From the NCBI GenBank assembly GCA_035550375.1, contig DASZPH010000038.1:90667-154666 (forward strand): a stretch of 64,000 nt of DNA, read 5' to 3'. The notes under the pieces are model-generated. The model saw only the letters and a list, made by a program, of their open reading frames with translations, had not been told where the DNA came from and did no database searches. The DNA is from Pirellulales bacterium. GTDB taxonomy: Bacteria > Planctomycetota > Planctomycetia > Pirellulales > JAICIG01. The translations under genes were made by a program, and so were the position numbers. This document shows positions 25,798-36,310 of the stretch, piece after piece. The stretch's first letter is position 1; each line of letters begins with the position of its first letter.

Positions 25798-27840
25798 CTA
25801 AGCGGTTGGTTTGGCCGCGACACGGCGCATCTGGCCCCACTGAGCCAGTTTGCCTCGTAGCGTTGCGACGTCGATGGGCTTGGTCATGTAATCATCGCAG
25901 CCCGCGTCGAAACATTTCTCGCGGTCGCCGTTCATGGCGTGAGCCGTCAGCGCAATAATCGGTTGGGTCTGTCCCGCCCGGCGCAGCCGACGCGTTGCCT
26001 CGTAGCCGTCCAAGACCGGCATCTGCATATCCATCAGAATGATGTCGTAAGCCGTGCCTTGCTGCTTCGCGTCCAAGATTTCATCGATTGCAAGCTGGCC
26101 GTTTTCGACGACCGTCACGTCGGCGCCGCTCTTGGAGAGGACGGCCACAATCAGCCGCTGGCTGTCGGGCGAATCTTCAACGAGCAGAACGCGGCGGAGG
26201 GCCGGTCGCGGGGGCAGGTCGGGCCACGAGCGCCCCTGGTCCGGCTCGCTCCGGCGTTCTTCCGTCAGGTCGCGCGCCGCCATTGTCGGCCGCCAGGCCG
26301 TTTCCGCGACATAACCGGCGGGATTGCCCCTCGCGGCTTCGGCGGGCCGTGCGGTTGGCTGGGCCATCATAGGAATCGTCAGGCGGAAGGTGCTGCCGAC
26401 GCCCGGCTCGCTGCGCACCTGAATGTCGCCCCCCAGCAGCTCGGCCAAACGCTTGCTGATGGTCAGCCCCAGTCCGGTCCCGCCGAAGCGGCGCGTGGTG
26501 CTGCTGTCGGCCTGCGTGAACGGGCGGAAGAGCCCCGCGATCTGCTCGCGGCTCATGCCGATGCCCGTATCGACGACGGAGATGCTCAGGACTTGTCGGC
26601 TCGGCTCGTAGCTGGCCACGATTCGCACTTCCCCCGACTCGGTGAACTTGATGGCGTTGCCGACGAGGTTAATCAGGATCTGACGCAGGCGCATCGCATC
26701 GGTATAAGCGAATTGCGGAAGCGGATTCAGGCACTGCACCATGAACGACAGTCCCTTGGCCTGGCTGCGGACTTGCATCAGCCCGTGCGTTTCGGCCAGG
26801 ACCTGGGCGGGCGAGCAAAGAGCATGCTCGATGGTCAACTGGCCGGCTTCGATTTTGGAGACGTCGAGCAGGTCGTTGATGATCTCCAGAAGATACACGC
26901 CGTTGCGTTTGATGACGTCGAGCGCTGCGGGCAGGCTGACGGACGGTTCCTCGTCGAGCAGAAGATCGGTGAAGCCAAGAATGGCCGTCATCGGCGTCCG
27001 CAATTCGTGGCTCACATTGGTGAGAAAGGCGGTTTTGGCGACGCTGGCCGCATCGGCGGCTTCCTTTGCCAACCGTAACTCAGCCGCGACTTGTTGTCGC
27101 TGGGTGATGTCGCGCACGATGAACGTGTAGAAGGCTTTGCCCTCCACCTCGCCGCGAGACAAGGAGGTTTCGATCATAAACGGCTGGCCATTGGGCCGCA
27201 TGGCGTACGTTTCGTACGGCGCCGATCCCGTATGAGGCGCGGCGTCACAGCTCGCTTCGCGCAAAAGGGCCGCCATCTGAGCACTGAACCTGGCGATCGG
27301 CTGGCCCACCGCCTGGGCGGCGGAATGGCCGAACATCCGCTCCGCCGAAGGATTGAAGAGCGTAACCGTTCCTCGAGAATCGGTGGTGATGATCGCGTCC
27401 ATCGACGACTCGATGACGGCGCGCAGGTGCGCCTGGGCTTCGGCCAGGCTGCGTTCGACGCGCGACTGCTGGAACAACCGCTCGACAGCCTGCAGCAGAT
27501 AGTCGACGTAATCGCTCGACTTGGCGACGAAATCCCGGACTCCCGCGCGAAGGGCCTCGACGACGGTCGCCTCCTGACTGTAGCCGGTGACCATGATGAC
27601 GGGCAGGTCGTAGCCTGCCCGTTTCATTGCCGCGTAAAACTCCAGTCCGTTCGTCTCGCTGGAGAGGCGGTAATCCAGAACCACCAGCCTCACGCCCCCC
27701 CGGCGCAGATGCTCCATTGCGACCGAAGCGCTGTCGGCGTTGCAGACCTCGAATCCGGCCCGCTCGAGCCGACGGCGTTGCAAAGCGCTCACGCCCGGAT
27801 CGTCGTCGACGATCAGCACGATTTCCCGCTCTATGCTCAT
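25798..27840 (-). CDS. hybrid histidine kinase (REC-PAS-HisKA-HATPase-REC)
   Basis: N-terminal REC (LIVDDDPG, VVLDYRL, VAKS), a PAS, H-box VSHELRTPMTAILGF, G-box GGTGLGLTISKRL, and a C-terminal REC (LLVEDSPD, ILMDMQMPVLDG, MTKP). Confidence 0.9.
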   Translation of the reverse strand: MSIEREIVLIVDDDPGVSALQRRRLERAGFEVCNADSASVAMEHLRRGGVRLVVLDYRLSSETNGLEFYAAMKRAGYDLPVIMVTGYSQEATVVEALRAGVRDFVAKSSDYVDYLLQAVERLFQQSRVERSLAEAQAHLRAVIESSMDAIITTDSRGTVTLFNPSAERMFGHSAAQAVGQPIARFSAQMAALLREASCDAAPHTGSAPYETYAMRPNGQPFMIETSLSRGEVEGKAFYTFIVRDITQRQQVAAELRLAKEAADAASVAKTAFLTNVSHELRTPMTAILGFTDLLLDEEPSVSLPAALDVIKRNGVYLLEIINDLLDVSKIEAGQLTIEHALCSPAQVLAETHGLMQVRSQAKGLSFMVQCLNPLPQFAYTDAMRLRQILINLVGNAIKFTESGEVRIVASYEPSRQVLSISVVDTGIGMSREQIAGLFRPFTQADSSTTRRFGGTGLGLTISKRLAELLGGDIQVRSEPGVGSTFRLTIPMMAQPTARPAEAARGNPAGYVAETAWRPTMAARDLTEERRSEPDQGRSWPDLPPRPALRRVLLVEDSPDSQRLIVAVLSKSGADVTVVENGQLAIDEILDAKQQGTAYDIILMDMQMPVLDGYEATRRLRRAGQTQPIIALTAHAMNGDREKCFDAGCDDYMTKPIDVATLRGKLAQWGQMRRVAAKPTA

Positions 27841-27931
27841 GGCCGCACCTTTTCAAGTCGATCGGTGTGAGACGAGCGCCCGTTGAAGGATACCTCTTTA
27901 TTGGGGTGAAGTTTATTGGGGTTAAGCCGCG

Positions 27932-28384
27932 TCAGACTAGTTTTGCTTCCTCCACCGGAACCTGCACAACCTGCAGAAATAGTCCGAGCCGCTTCACGGC
28001 TTCGACGAAGGCATCGTATTCCACCGGCTTGGTGATGTAAACGCTACAACCAAGCTGATAACAGCGTTCCACCTCGCGCGGGTCGTCGGTGGTGGTCAAC
28101 ATGATGACCGGAATCTTGTAGGTGGCCTCATCGGCCTTGATCTGGCGAAGCACCTCCACGCCGTCGACTCTCGGCATGTTGATATCAAGCAGGAGCAACA
28201 ACGGCGAACTAAAGCCGCGGTCCGAGTGCGTGCCCTCGCGGTGCACGTAGTCGAGCGCTTCCTGTCCATCGCGGGCGCGGACGATCTGGTTCGTGACGCC
28301 AGCCCTCTGCAGATTGCGCTCGACAAGCCGCGCGTGGCCGTCGTCATCTTCAGCCAAGAGAATGACTAGAGGTTCAGCAAGCAT
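27932..28384 (-). CDS. single-domain response regulator (CheY-like)
   Basis: VILLAEDDDGH, LLLDINMPRVDG, MLTTTDD, ITKP. ATG 28384 overlaps the stop of the upstream kinase by 11 nt. The longest ORF (start 28504) would run deep into that kinase. Confidence 0.85.
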   Translation of the reverse strand: MLAEPLVILLAEDDDGHARLVERNLQRAGVTNQIVRARDGQEALDYVHREGTHSDRGFSSPLLLLLDINMPRVDGVEVLRQIKADEATYKIPVIMLTTTDDPREVERCYQLGCSVYITKPVEYDAFVEAVKRLGLFLQVVQVPVEEAKLV

Positions 28385-30554
28385 GACACAATTCCTCCTG
28401 GGGGGAAACCGCCCTACATGTCGCAGGTTCGGACACCAACTCGTCTGGACCCGCGGGCGACGCGGAGCTTTCGTCCGCCGAGGCGCCGGACGGCAAGGAG
28501 ACAAAAAACGTGGTCCCCTCGCCTTCGGTTGATTCCAGCCATATCCGCCCGCCGTGGCGCTCCACGATGCGGCGAACGAGCGTCAGCCCCATTCCCTCGC
28601 CCGGCGCCGAGGAAGGGTGCAGGCGCTGGAACGCCTGGAACACTTTCCCCTGATAGGCGGCGGGGATTCCGAGCCCATTGTCGCGCACGAAGTAAGTCTG
28701 TCGCGGGCCGTTTTCATCGCTGGCGGGTGCGTCTTGGAGTAGGCCGATTTCGATCACTCCCTGCCGGGACGGATCGAGGTAGTTCAGCGCGTTGCCGATC
28801 AGATTCGCAAAAATCTGCTCCAAGGCGGTGGCATCGCCGCGAGCGGGTGCCAGAGGATGCAAAACCAATTCCGCGCCGCGCTCAGACAGCGTCACTCGCA
28901 TCGAGTCGAGAATCCGTCGCACGACCTCGTTGAGATCGACGCTGCGTACCTGGTATTCCACCCGCCCGGCGCGAGACAGTCGCAACAGGGCGTCGATGAT
29001 CGTGCTCAGGCGCGTGACCGCGGTGCGGATGAAGTAAATCGGCTCCCGCATCCCCGAGTCCATAATCTCCGCCAGATGCCGGCGTAGCTCTTCGGACACC
29101 GCCTCGGCTTTCAAAGAACCGACTAGTTCGCCGCACGACCGTTCCAACTCGGTGCTGAAGCCCTGCAGGTTGACCAGCGGCGAACGCAGGTCGTGCGACA
29201 CGCTGTAGACAAACGTTTCGTTTTCGCGATTTTTCTCGGCCAGATCGCGGTTCGCTTCGCTCAACTCCCTCGTGCGCCGCTCCACGCGCCGCTCCAGCTC
29301 GTCGTTCAGATCGGCCAGCCCGAGCTGATACTCTCTCTGAGCGGTCATGTCGCGCGTGATTTTCGAGAAACCAGTCAAGGTGCCGTCGTCGTTAAAGATG
29401 GCCGTAATCAAGGAGCTGGCCCAGAACCTCGTGCCGTCGCGGCGGACGCGCCATCCCTCGTCGCGGATCCGACCTTGCCGGGCTGCTTCTTCCAACTCCC
29501 GCACGGGTTTCTCGCGCGCCGCGTCTTCCGCCGGATAAAAGCAGGAGAAACTCTGCCCCAAGATCTCTTGCGACCCATATCCCATGATGCGCCGCGCACC
29601 GTCGTTCCAGGTGCGGACGTTTCCGGCGGGGTCGAGCAGAAAAATGGCATAATCGTGGATCCCCTCGACGAGCAGCCGATACTGCAGATCCTGCTCGCGG
29701 AGCCTGGCCTGCATCGCCGCGTTCTCGCTCATGGCCCGATCGACCGATTTGACGGCCCACGCGACCACGCCCAACAACACGATCGTCGTTGCTACGACGA
29801 GCAAGGCCGACCCAAACTGGGCGTCGTAAAGGCCTGACAGTTGTCCTCGCAGTTGCATCCAGCCAAACATCAGCGGTGCCGCCACAGCGGCCACCACAAG
29901 CCGCCTCGCAAGGACCGTTCCAGGTGTACTCGTGTCGACGATCCAAGCCAGCCACGACTTGCCGCTCACCAGCACCACGCCCAGCCCAACCAGGTGCAGC
30001 ATCAGTGCCGTGTTGATCGCCATGGGAATGTAGCCGCCGATACCGTAAAGAGAGCGCGAACCGAACACGTAGCCGATGACCGAGAGAAACGACCATGACG
30101 CCAGCACCGACCCGCCTGCTTCGGCCAGACGACGGACGCGCTCGTGCCGCAGCGCTGCCAGTGCCGCCCCGGCCAGGAACAAGCAAAACCCCGTGTTGGG
30201 GGCCATGCGGTTGTTGCCCAGATCCGAATAAAACAGGATCCGATCGATGCGGAAATTGGCCTCGGCCCAGTAGCAGGTCACGCAACCTGCGCCGACGCCG
30301 GCCACGACGAGCGCGGTGAGGAGCCCCACACTTCGAAAACGACCACAAGCGAAAAGGCCGAGTGAAACGCTCGCCAGCAGCAAAGCCACGGCCGTGGCCG
30401 GGTTCATCGGCACGCGCCCGGGCAGCCAGGCCTTCAGAACGGAGATGCCGAACAGCCAGCCGGCCAACACCGCCACGCTACCGATCACAACCGATACCGC
30501 AAGTGCGGCCGAAATCCGCCGACTTGTTGCCCAAGATTGGAAGCGGTTTTCCAT
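28374..30554 (-). CDS. membrane sensor histidine kinase (multi-TM, PAS, HisKA, HATPase)
   Basis: About 7 hydrophobic helices in the first 270 aa, a PAS (LLVEGIHDYAIFLLDPAGNVRTWN), H-box VSHDLRSPLVNLQGF, and G-boxes DNGLGIP and GEGMGLTLVRRIVERHGG. Confidence 0.85.
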   Translation of the reverse strand: MENRFQSWATSRRISAALAVSVVIGSVAVLAGWLFGISVLKAWLPGRVPMNPATAVALLLASVSLGLFACGRFRSVGLLTALVVAGVGAGCVTCYWAEANFRIDRILFYSDLGNNRMAPNTGFCLFLAGAALAALRHERVRRLAEAGGSVLASWSFLSVIGYVFGSRSLYGIGGYIPMAINTALMLHLVGLGVVLVSGKSWLAWIVDTSTPGTVLARRLVVAAVAAPLMFGWMQLRGQLSGLYDAQFGSALLVVATTIVLLGVVAWAVKSVDRAMSENAAMQARLREQDLQYRLLVEGIHDYAIFLLDPAGNVRTWNDGARRIMGYGSQEILGQSFSCFYPAEDAAREKPVRELEEAARQGRIRDEGWRVRRDGTRFWASSLITAIFNDDGTLTGFSKITRDMTAQREYQLGLADLNDELERRVERRTRELSEANRDLAEKNRENETFVYSVSHDLRSPLVNLQGFSTELERSCGELVGSLKAEAVSEELRRHLAEIMDSGMREPIYFIRTAVTRLSTIIDALLRLSRAGRVEYQVRSVDLNEVVRRILDSMRVTLSERGAELVLHPLAPARGDATALEQIFANLIGNALNYLDPSRQGVIEIGLLQDAPASDENGPRQTYFVRDNGLGIPAAYQGKVFQAFQRLHPSSAPGEGMGLTLVRRIVERHGGRIWLESTEGEGTTFFVSLPSGASADESSASPAGPDELVSEPATCRAVSPQEELCHAC

Positions 30555-30751
30555 GCGCCCCTCGATCTATATACGTCCGGCACCGCCCCGCCTGCTTGTC
30601 CGTCTCGCGCCGCGCTCGCGGAACGGCCGTTTGGCGTCAAATACCTCGCCCATCGTTAATTTCGCCCATCGTTCAGGAGTGTGCCATCACGCTTTGCGGG
30701 CGCAAGCGCCGCCGGAACAAACGTGCGGCCTGGGTTTGCCGGCTGTGCGGG

Positions 30752-31981
30752 TTATTCGCCGGAGGTCGCGGCCGGGCGTTCCGTCGCGCAAGGGAGATAA
30801 ATTCTGAAGCAGGTGCCTTGGCCGGCTTGGCTCTCAACGCGGATGTAGCCCCCGTTCTCCTTGATGATGCCCTGTACCACTGCGAGCCCCAGACCGCTCG
30901 CGCTGGCTGTCTGCTTGGTGGTGAAAAATGGCTCGAAGATATGTTGCCGGACCTCCTCGGTCATGCCGGCTCCCGAATCGGTGATGGCCAGGCCCGTATA
31001 CCGGCCCGGCGCTGCTCCGCCGACGCCCGCGGAAACAAGGTCGTCGCCTGCCAGGCTGGTGGTTTCGATCGTGAGTGTACCGCCGTCTGGCATGGCTTCG
31101 CGCGCGTTCATCACCAGGTTGAACAGGACGCGCTCGATTTGCGCCGCGTCCGCCGTCACTGGTTCCGTGCGCGAATCGAGCACGGTGGTGAACCGGATAC
31201 TCCCGGCGAGCAGGCGGCGAAGCATATCTTCAGCGTCCCGGATCACCTGGTTCAGAGATACGATCCGGGGAGCGGAAAGCTGCTCCCGACTAAAGGCCAG
31301 TAGCTGGCGGGTGAGAGACGTCGATCGTTCCGCGGCCTTGCTGATTTCGTCGAGCAACTGCCGCACCTGGATGTCCGGGTTGAGTAACTCGCCCAACAAG
31401 TGCGTGCAAATATTAATCGACGTGGCGAACCCCCTGAAATCGTGCGCGACGCCTGCCGCCAGCTCCCCGATCGCCTCCAGCCTCTGCGATCGCCGCAACC
31501 GCTCTTGCAGGGCCTCTCTCTCCGTAACGTCCTGCGCCAAAAGAACCGCACCAACGAACGTGCCGCCGTCATCGATCAGGGGAGTGTTGTGCCAGGTGCA
31601 CGTAACAGCGCGGTTTTCCTTGGTGCAGTTTACGTGGACGCCATTCGCGTCCATGTCTCCCAGACGAAGACGGCGAATCACCTCCAGCACCTCATGGTCG
31701 AGCGGCTGCGGGAAGATGAGAGAGGTCACCTCCCGACCCACGATTTCGTCCTTGCTGTAGCCAAACGTCGTTTCGGCGGCCGGGTTCCATTCCAGGACCC
31801 GCATCATGCCGTCGACCACGATGTAAGCCAGCGGCAACCGCTGAATCTGCAATTCGAGCCGTCGCACCCAATTGTCGACGGGCAGGACGAACGGGTCGAA
31901 CCCTGCGCGGCGCAGCTCAGCGAGCATCAGCCCATCGTCGGGAGCCCCGGCGACCAGCAGCAGGCGGCGTGGTTGCGGCAT
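30752..31981 (-). CDS. PAS sensor histidine kinase
   Basis: PAS (YIVVDGMMRVLEWNPAAETTFGYSKDEIVG), H-box AAGVAHDFRGF, G-boxes DSGAGMT and ASGLGLAVVQGI. An alternative ATG at 31927 forms a TGATG overlap with the upstream FixJ-type gene. Confidence 0.8.
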   Translation of the reverse strand: MPQPRRLLLVAGAPDDGLMLAELRRAGFDPFVLPVDNWVRRLELQIQRLPLAYIVVDGMMRVLEWNPAAETTFGYSKDEIVGREVTSLIFPQPLDHEVLEVIRRLRLGDMDANGVHVNCTKENRAVTCTWHNTPLIDDGGTFVGAVLLAQDVTEREALQERLRRSQRLEAIGELAAGVAHDFRGFATSINICTHLLGELLNPDIQVRQLLDEISKAAERSTSLTRQLLAFSREQLSAPRIVSLNQVIRDAEDMLRRLLAGSIRFTTVLDSRTEPVTADAAQIERVLFNLVMNAREAMPDGGTLTIETTSLAGDDLVSAGVGGAAPGRYTGLAITDSGAGMTEEVRQHIFEPFFTTKQTASASGLGLAVVQGIIKENGGYIRVESQAGQGTCFRIYLPCATERPAATSGE

Positions 31982-32688
31982 GGTATTAAGGCGACCAAAC
32001 GAGCCAGTTGCGTGGTGTTGTCCACCCTCATCTTTTCCAGGATCCGCGCCCGGTGATTGTCGACGGTTTTGGGGCTGATCGAGAGCCGCTGGGCAACCTG
32101 TTTGGTGGAGTCGCCACGGACCAAAAAGCCCATAATCTCTCGTTCGCGTTCGGTGAGTTGGGCCGTTCGCTGCTGCACCTGTTCCTGCAGGGCGCGCTGG
32201 CGGCGGTTCTCTTGATCGATTTCGATCGCTTCTCGGATGCGTTCCAGAAGGGCTTGGGGACTGAAGGGCTTTTGGAAGAAATCGATCGCGCCCGCGCGGA
32301 GGGCTTGGATGGCCAAGGGAATATCTCCATGCGCAGAAACGAAGATGATCGGAGGCAGCACGAAGTCGGAATTGGAAAGCTTCTGCAACTCCAATCCGCT
32401 CATGCCCGGCATGCGGATATCAAGCACCAGACAGCCCGCCTTTTGCGGATCGAAGCATTCCAGGAAGTCCTGGGCCGACGCATACGGCTCGTCCGTGAGT
32501 CCGATGGAACGGACCAGCAACGAAATAGACCTTCGAACATCGTCATCGTCGTCGACGATGAAGACAGTCATCCCCTCGGACGACCGGGTTTCTCGCAAGG
32601 ACTCAGTTACTTGGTTGATCGCTGTCGCCACCACGCGCCCCCCGCTAGTCGCACTGAATGGAGTGGTAGACATGTCGGTGAAGACCAC
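31927..32688 (-). CDS. FixJ/LuxR-family response regulator (REC + HTH)
   Basis: REC (VFIVDDDDD, LVLDIRMPGMSG, FQKP) and LuxR HTH (LTEREREIMGFLVRGDSTKQVAQRLSISPKTVDNHRARILEKM). The REC domain starts at the internal ATG 32571, so the true start may be 32673 or 32571. Confidence 0.85.
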   Translation of the reverse strand: MVFTDMSTTPFSATSGGRVVATAINQVTESLRETRSSEGMTVFIVDDDDDVRRSISLLVRSIGLTDEPYASAQDFLECFDPQKAGCLVLDIRMPGMSGLELQKLSNSDFVLPPIIFVSAHGDIPLAIQALRAGAIDFFQKPFSPQALLERIREAIEIDQENRRQRALQEQVQQRTAQLTEREREIMGFLVRGDSTKQVAQRLSISPKTVDNHRARILEKMRVDNTTQLARLVALIPCRNHAACCWSPGLPTMG

Positions 32689-33059
32689 AGCCCACTTACG
32701 ACAGAGCTGCCATAGCTAAGGTATCGTCTTGAGGGCCGAATAAGTCAACATGATGCCGCTATTTCGGTGGGGTCGCAAGTGAAATTTTCTGGGAAAATTC
32801 CCCATTGTCGAAGCGCCCTAAAAGACCTTGGTTTTGAGATCGGGCGCAAGTAGAGGGGCACGGATTTCATATTTCCTTCCCCCACGTTGACGTGAGGCTT
32901 CGTCCCATCCGTTCCGGAGATAATCCCGCCTTTGCCATAACAAGCGCGCGGTACGCTTTGTTGAAGGCTTTGCGTGCGCCGTTCGTTGGCCGTCTTGAAA
33001 ACGTCCTCGGGTGGCAGGGCGCGCCGCAGCCGCACGATGCGCAGCAGCGAGGATCAACC

Positions 33060-34259
33060 ATGGTGACCGAGGCGAGCGAAGCGCGGACGGTGTTGCTGGT
33101 TGAAGACAACCCGTGCGATGCGAAGCTTCTGGAGCACGCCTTGGCCAGGGCTGCCCAACCGCGCTGGCAGGTGGAACACGTTACGCGACTTGGCGACGCC
33201 ATCGAGCGTCTGCGCCGAGGCGGCATCGAAGTGGCACTGGTCGATCTTTCGCTCCCCGATTCGAGCGGCGCGGAGACCATCCAAGCCCTGCTTGCGGCGG
33301 CGCCCGCCGTACCGATGGTTGTGGTCACCGGGCTCGACGACGAGAAGCTCGCCATCGACCTTTTGCAGCACGGAGCACAGGACTATCTGCTGAAACACGA
33401 TATCGAGCCGAAGCTGCTGGCCCGGACGATTCGCTATGCCGTGGAGCGAAGCCGGGCCAGTGCCTTAGAGTCGCTCAATCGCCAGTTGGAAGAAGCTAAA
33501 TCTTCTCTTACCCGGGCGGTCGAGGATTTGCGACAGACGAACGAAGATCTGGCCCAGTTTACCTACTTCGCCAGCCACGACCTTCAAGAGCCCGTTCGCA
33601 AGATCAACTATTTCGCCGCCCAGCTTCAGGAAGACATAGGCGATAACTTGAGCGACGATGCCCGCACGGATTTTCGCTATCTCGTCGACGCCGCGCGTCG
33701 CATGCAGGCACTCATCCGCTCGCTGCTGATGCTGTGCAAGGCGGGCCACGCCGAGATGGAACGGGGGCCTGTGGACCTGGAGAACTGCGCGAACGACGCC
33801 CTGGAGTGCCTATCAGAGAAAATCGAAGCCGCCAGGGCCGTGATCGTGCGCAGTCCGCTTCCGATCGTGGAGGGGGATGCGACCTTGCTCACCCATCTCT
33901 ACCAGAACCTGGTTGGCAACGCCCTCAAGTTCCAGAAGGCGGAACCGCTTAGGATCGAGCTGACGGCCGAGAGCCGGGACGATCACTGCCTGCTGGGCGT
34001 GCGAGACAACGGCATCGGCATCGAACCCAAATTCGCCCAGACGATCTTCGCCCCGTTTCGGCGGCTTCACGGCCGCGACCAGTACGAAGGGGCGGGGATC
34101 GGCCTGGCGATTTGCAAGAAAGTCGTCGATCGGCACGGCGGACGAATCTGGGTGGAGTCGCAACCGGGCGCCGGCGCCCACTTCAAGTTTCTGCTTCCGG
34201 AATGTCAGGGGCGACGCGCACATCCGCAGCCGCTGAATTCCGATTGCCTCGTCGGCTGA
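33060..34259 (+). CDS. hybrid kinase (REC-HisKA-HATPase)
   Basis: ATG 33060 (MVTEASEARTVLLVEDNPCD). REC (ALVDLSLPDSSG, LLKH). H-box ASHDLQEPVRKI. G-boxes DNGIGIEP and GAGIGLAICKKVVDRHGG. Confidence 0.85.
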   Translation: MVTEASEARTVLLVEDNPCDAKLLEHALARAAQPRWQVEHVTRLGDAIERLRRGGIEVALVDLSLPDSSGAETIQALLAAAPAVPMVVVTGLDDEKLAIDLLQHGAQDYLLKHDIEPKLLARTIRYAVERSRASALESLNRQLEEAKSSLTRAVEDLRQTNEDLAQFTYFASHDLQEPVRKINYFAAQLQEDIGDNLSDDARTDFRYLVDAARRMQALIRSLLMLCKAGHAEMERGPVDLENCANDALECLSEKIEAARAVIVRSPLPIVEGDATLLTHLYQNLVGNALKFQKAEPLRIELTAESRDDHCLLGVRDNGIGIEPKFAQTIFAPFRRLHGRDQYEGAGIGLAICKKVVDRHGGRIWVESQPGAGAHFKFLLPECQGRRAHPQPLNSDCLVG

Positions 34260-34284
34260 GCCTCATGCACACAGCGTTTCAAAA

Positions 34285-35859
34285 TTGCCCCCCGGCGGCC
34301 TTAACTGGAGAGCAGTCGTGTCGATCCCGGTGAACGTGTTGCTTGTTGAAGACGATGCGGGCGACGCAGAAGTCGTTAAGCGGCTGCTGGCGAAATCGAC
34401 GCGCGCGTCATTCCAGCTCGAATGGGTCCAGTCGATCGACGCCGCGGAGGAGACGCTGCAAAAGAACGGCTGCGACGTGCTCCTGCTTGACCTGGGCCTG
34501 CCACCGGCACACGACCTGGAGGGCCTGGCCAGGCTCCACAAGGAGGACACGCGAGTTCCCATCGTCATCGTGACGGATCAGAACGACGAGACCATGGCCC
34601 TGCGGGCACTGCAAGAAGGGGCGCAAGACTATCTGATCAAGGGAAACTTGACCACCGACAACCTGGTGCGCGCCATCCGCCACGCCACGGAACGGCAGAA
34701 CCTCGTATCTCGGCTGGCCGAGGCCAGGATCATTCTCGAGAATCGAAACAAGCGGCTGGCCAAGCTCTACCGCACCGCGCACAAGTTCGTCGACAACGTG
34801 TCGCACGAGTTCCGAACGCCGCTGACCGTCATCAAGGAGTACGTTTCGATCATTAGGGACGGAATCGTCGGCGACGTCTCCGACGAACAGCGCCAGATGC
34901 TGGCGATCGTCGAAGACCGGGCGGACGACCTGAACACGATGGTCGACGACATGCTCGACGTCAGCAAGCTGGAAGCCGGCATGCTGGGCGTCTACCGCAA
35001 GCGCTGCCAGGCGGCAGATATCGTCGCCCACGTGCGGCCGGCGCTGGAACGGAAAGCGTCCACCAAGGGGATCGAACTGGAGTGGAACATCGAGGAGGGC
35101 CTGCCGTGCGTCTATTGCGACGCGGAGAAAGTGGGACGCGTGCTGATCAACCTATCCATCAACGCGATCAAGTTTTGCGGCCAGCCGGGCCGCGTTCGCG
35201 TAAGCGGCTATCGCTGCCCCGACGCGACCGGCGTCGAGCTGAGCGTCACCGACAACGGTCCGGGAATCAGCGCGGAAAACCAGGAGGCGATCTTCCGCCG
35301 CTTCAAGCAACTCAGCGAATCAGTGCGCAGCAGCACCAAGGGCTTTGGCTTGGGGTTGAGTATTGCCAAGGAGCTCGCCGAGGCGAATCTGGGCGAGATT
35401 CGCGTAGACAGTCGGCCCGGTCGTGGAAGCACGTTTTCCTTTACCCTGCCCGCCGCCGACGCCCCAGAAATCATGCGGCGGTATCTGCACCGCATCGGAC
35501 AGATCCGCAACGGTCCAGAGCGCCTGTCGCTTGTCCAGGCGGACATCGACGAATCGACTTCCGAGCGGTTGAGCGAGGACGTCGACACGTTTCTGAGCTG
35601 TCTGCTGCGGTACAACGATCTGCTGCTCCGCGGCGGACCGCATCGCTGGCTGATCGTTTTGCCCGTTCCCGAGAGCGAAGTTGCCTCGTTTCACCAGCGG
35701 GCCAAGAAATCGCTGGCTGAGTCTAACCGCAACCGGTTGGGCGAGCCTCTGCCGACGATCCATTTGGAGTGCTTAGGATCGTGGCGAGTGGCAAGCCGGA
35801 GACAAATCCTGGCCCGGCTGCGTAATATCCTGCCTAGCGTGGAGACCGTTTATGCCTGA
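34285..35859 (+). CDS. hybrid kinase (REC-HisKA-HATPase plus about 125-aa C-terminal domain of unknown type)
   Basis: REC (VLLVEDDAGD, LLLDLGLP, LIKG), H-box VSHEFRTPLTVIKEY, G-boxes DNGPGIS and GFGLGLSIAKEL. An extra C-terminal region follows (see findings). Confidence 0.85.
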   Translation: MPPGGLNWRAVVSIPVNVLLVEDDAGDAEVVKRLLAKSTRASFQLEWVQSIDAAEETLQKNGCDVLLLDLGLPPAHDLEGLARLHKEDTRVPIVIVTDQNDETMALRALQEGAQDYLIKGNLTTDNLVRAIRHATERQNLVSRLAEARIILENRNKRLAKLYRTAHKFVDNVSHEFRTPLTVIKEYVSIIRDGIVGDVSDEQRQMLAIVEDRADDLNTMVDDMLDVSKLEAGMLGVYRKRCQAADIVAHVRPALERKASTKGIELEWNIEEGLPCVYCDAEKVGRVLINLSINAIKFCGQPGRVRVSGYRCPDATGVELSVTDNGPGISAENQEAIFRRFKQLSESVRSSTKGFGLGLSIAKELAEANLGEIRVDSRPGRGSTFSFTLPAADAPEIMRRYLHRIGQIRNGPERLSLVQADIDESTSERLSEDVDTFLSCLLRYNDLLLRGGPHRWLIVLPVPESEVASFHQRAKKSLAESNRNRLGEPLPTIHLECLGSWRVASRRQILARLRNILPSVETVYA

Positions 35860-36310
35860 AGCATGCACGATCCTGATGGTTGATGACGATCACGAGATTG
35901 CCCACGCCGCCTGCATGCGCCTGCGTGCCGCCGGCTACAAGACCCTGCAGGCGGCCGACGGCGAATCGGGCGTCGCCGCTGCGGTGGCCAGCCGCCCCGA
36001 CCTGATCCTCTTGGACGTCCGCATGCCGGGCAAGGACGGGCTGGCCGCACTGTCGGACCTGAAACATCGGTCCGACACTTGCGGCATTCCCGTGGTCATG
36101 CTTTCGGCCAGCGTCGTCGACCAGGAAGCGGGCCTGAACGCAGGCGCAAGGTTTTTCATTCGCAAACCGTACAACGGTGCGACGCTGATGCAGGCGGTTC
36201 GCACCGCCATCGGAGCACCAGCCGCGCGCGACGCCAACCGCGCCGGCAACACGCTGGGCACCGATTCAAACGGCAATAAGTCCCACGCCCATTTTGAGGA
36301 GCGCCAATGA
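35852..36310 (+). CDS. single-domain response regulator
   Basis: ILMVDDDHE, ILLDVRMPGKDG, MLSAS, IRKP. Overlaps the upstream gene by 8 nt and the downstream gene by 4 nt. Confidence 0.85.
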   Translation: MPEACTILMVDDDHEIAHAACMRLRAAGYKTLQAADGESGVAAAVASRPDLILLDVRMPGKDGLAALSDLKHRSDTCGIPVVMLSASVVDQEAGLNAGARFFIRKPYNGATLMQAVRTAIGAPAARDANRAGNTLGTDSNGNKSHAHFEERQ

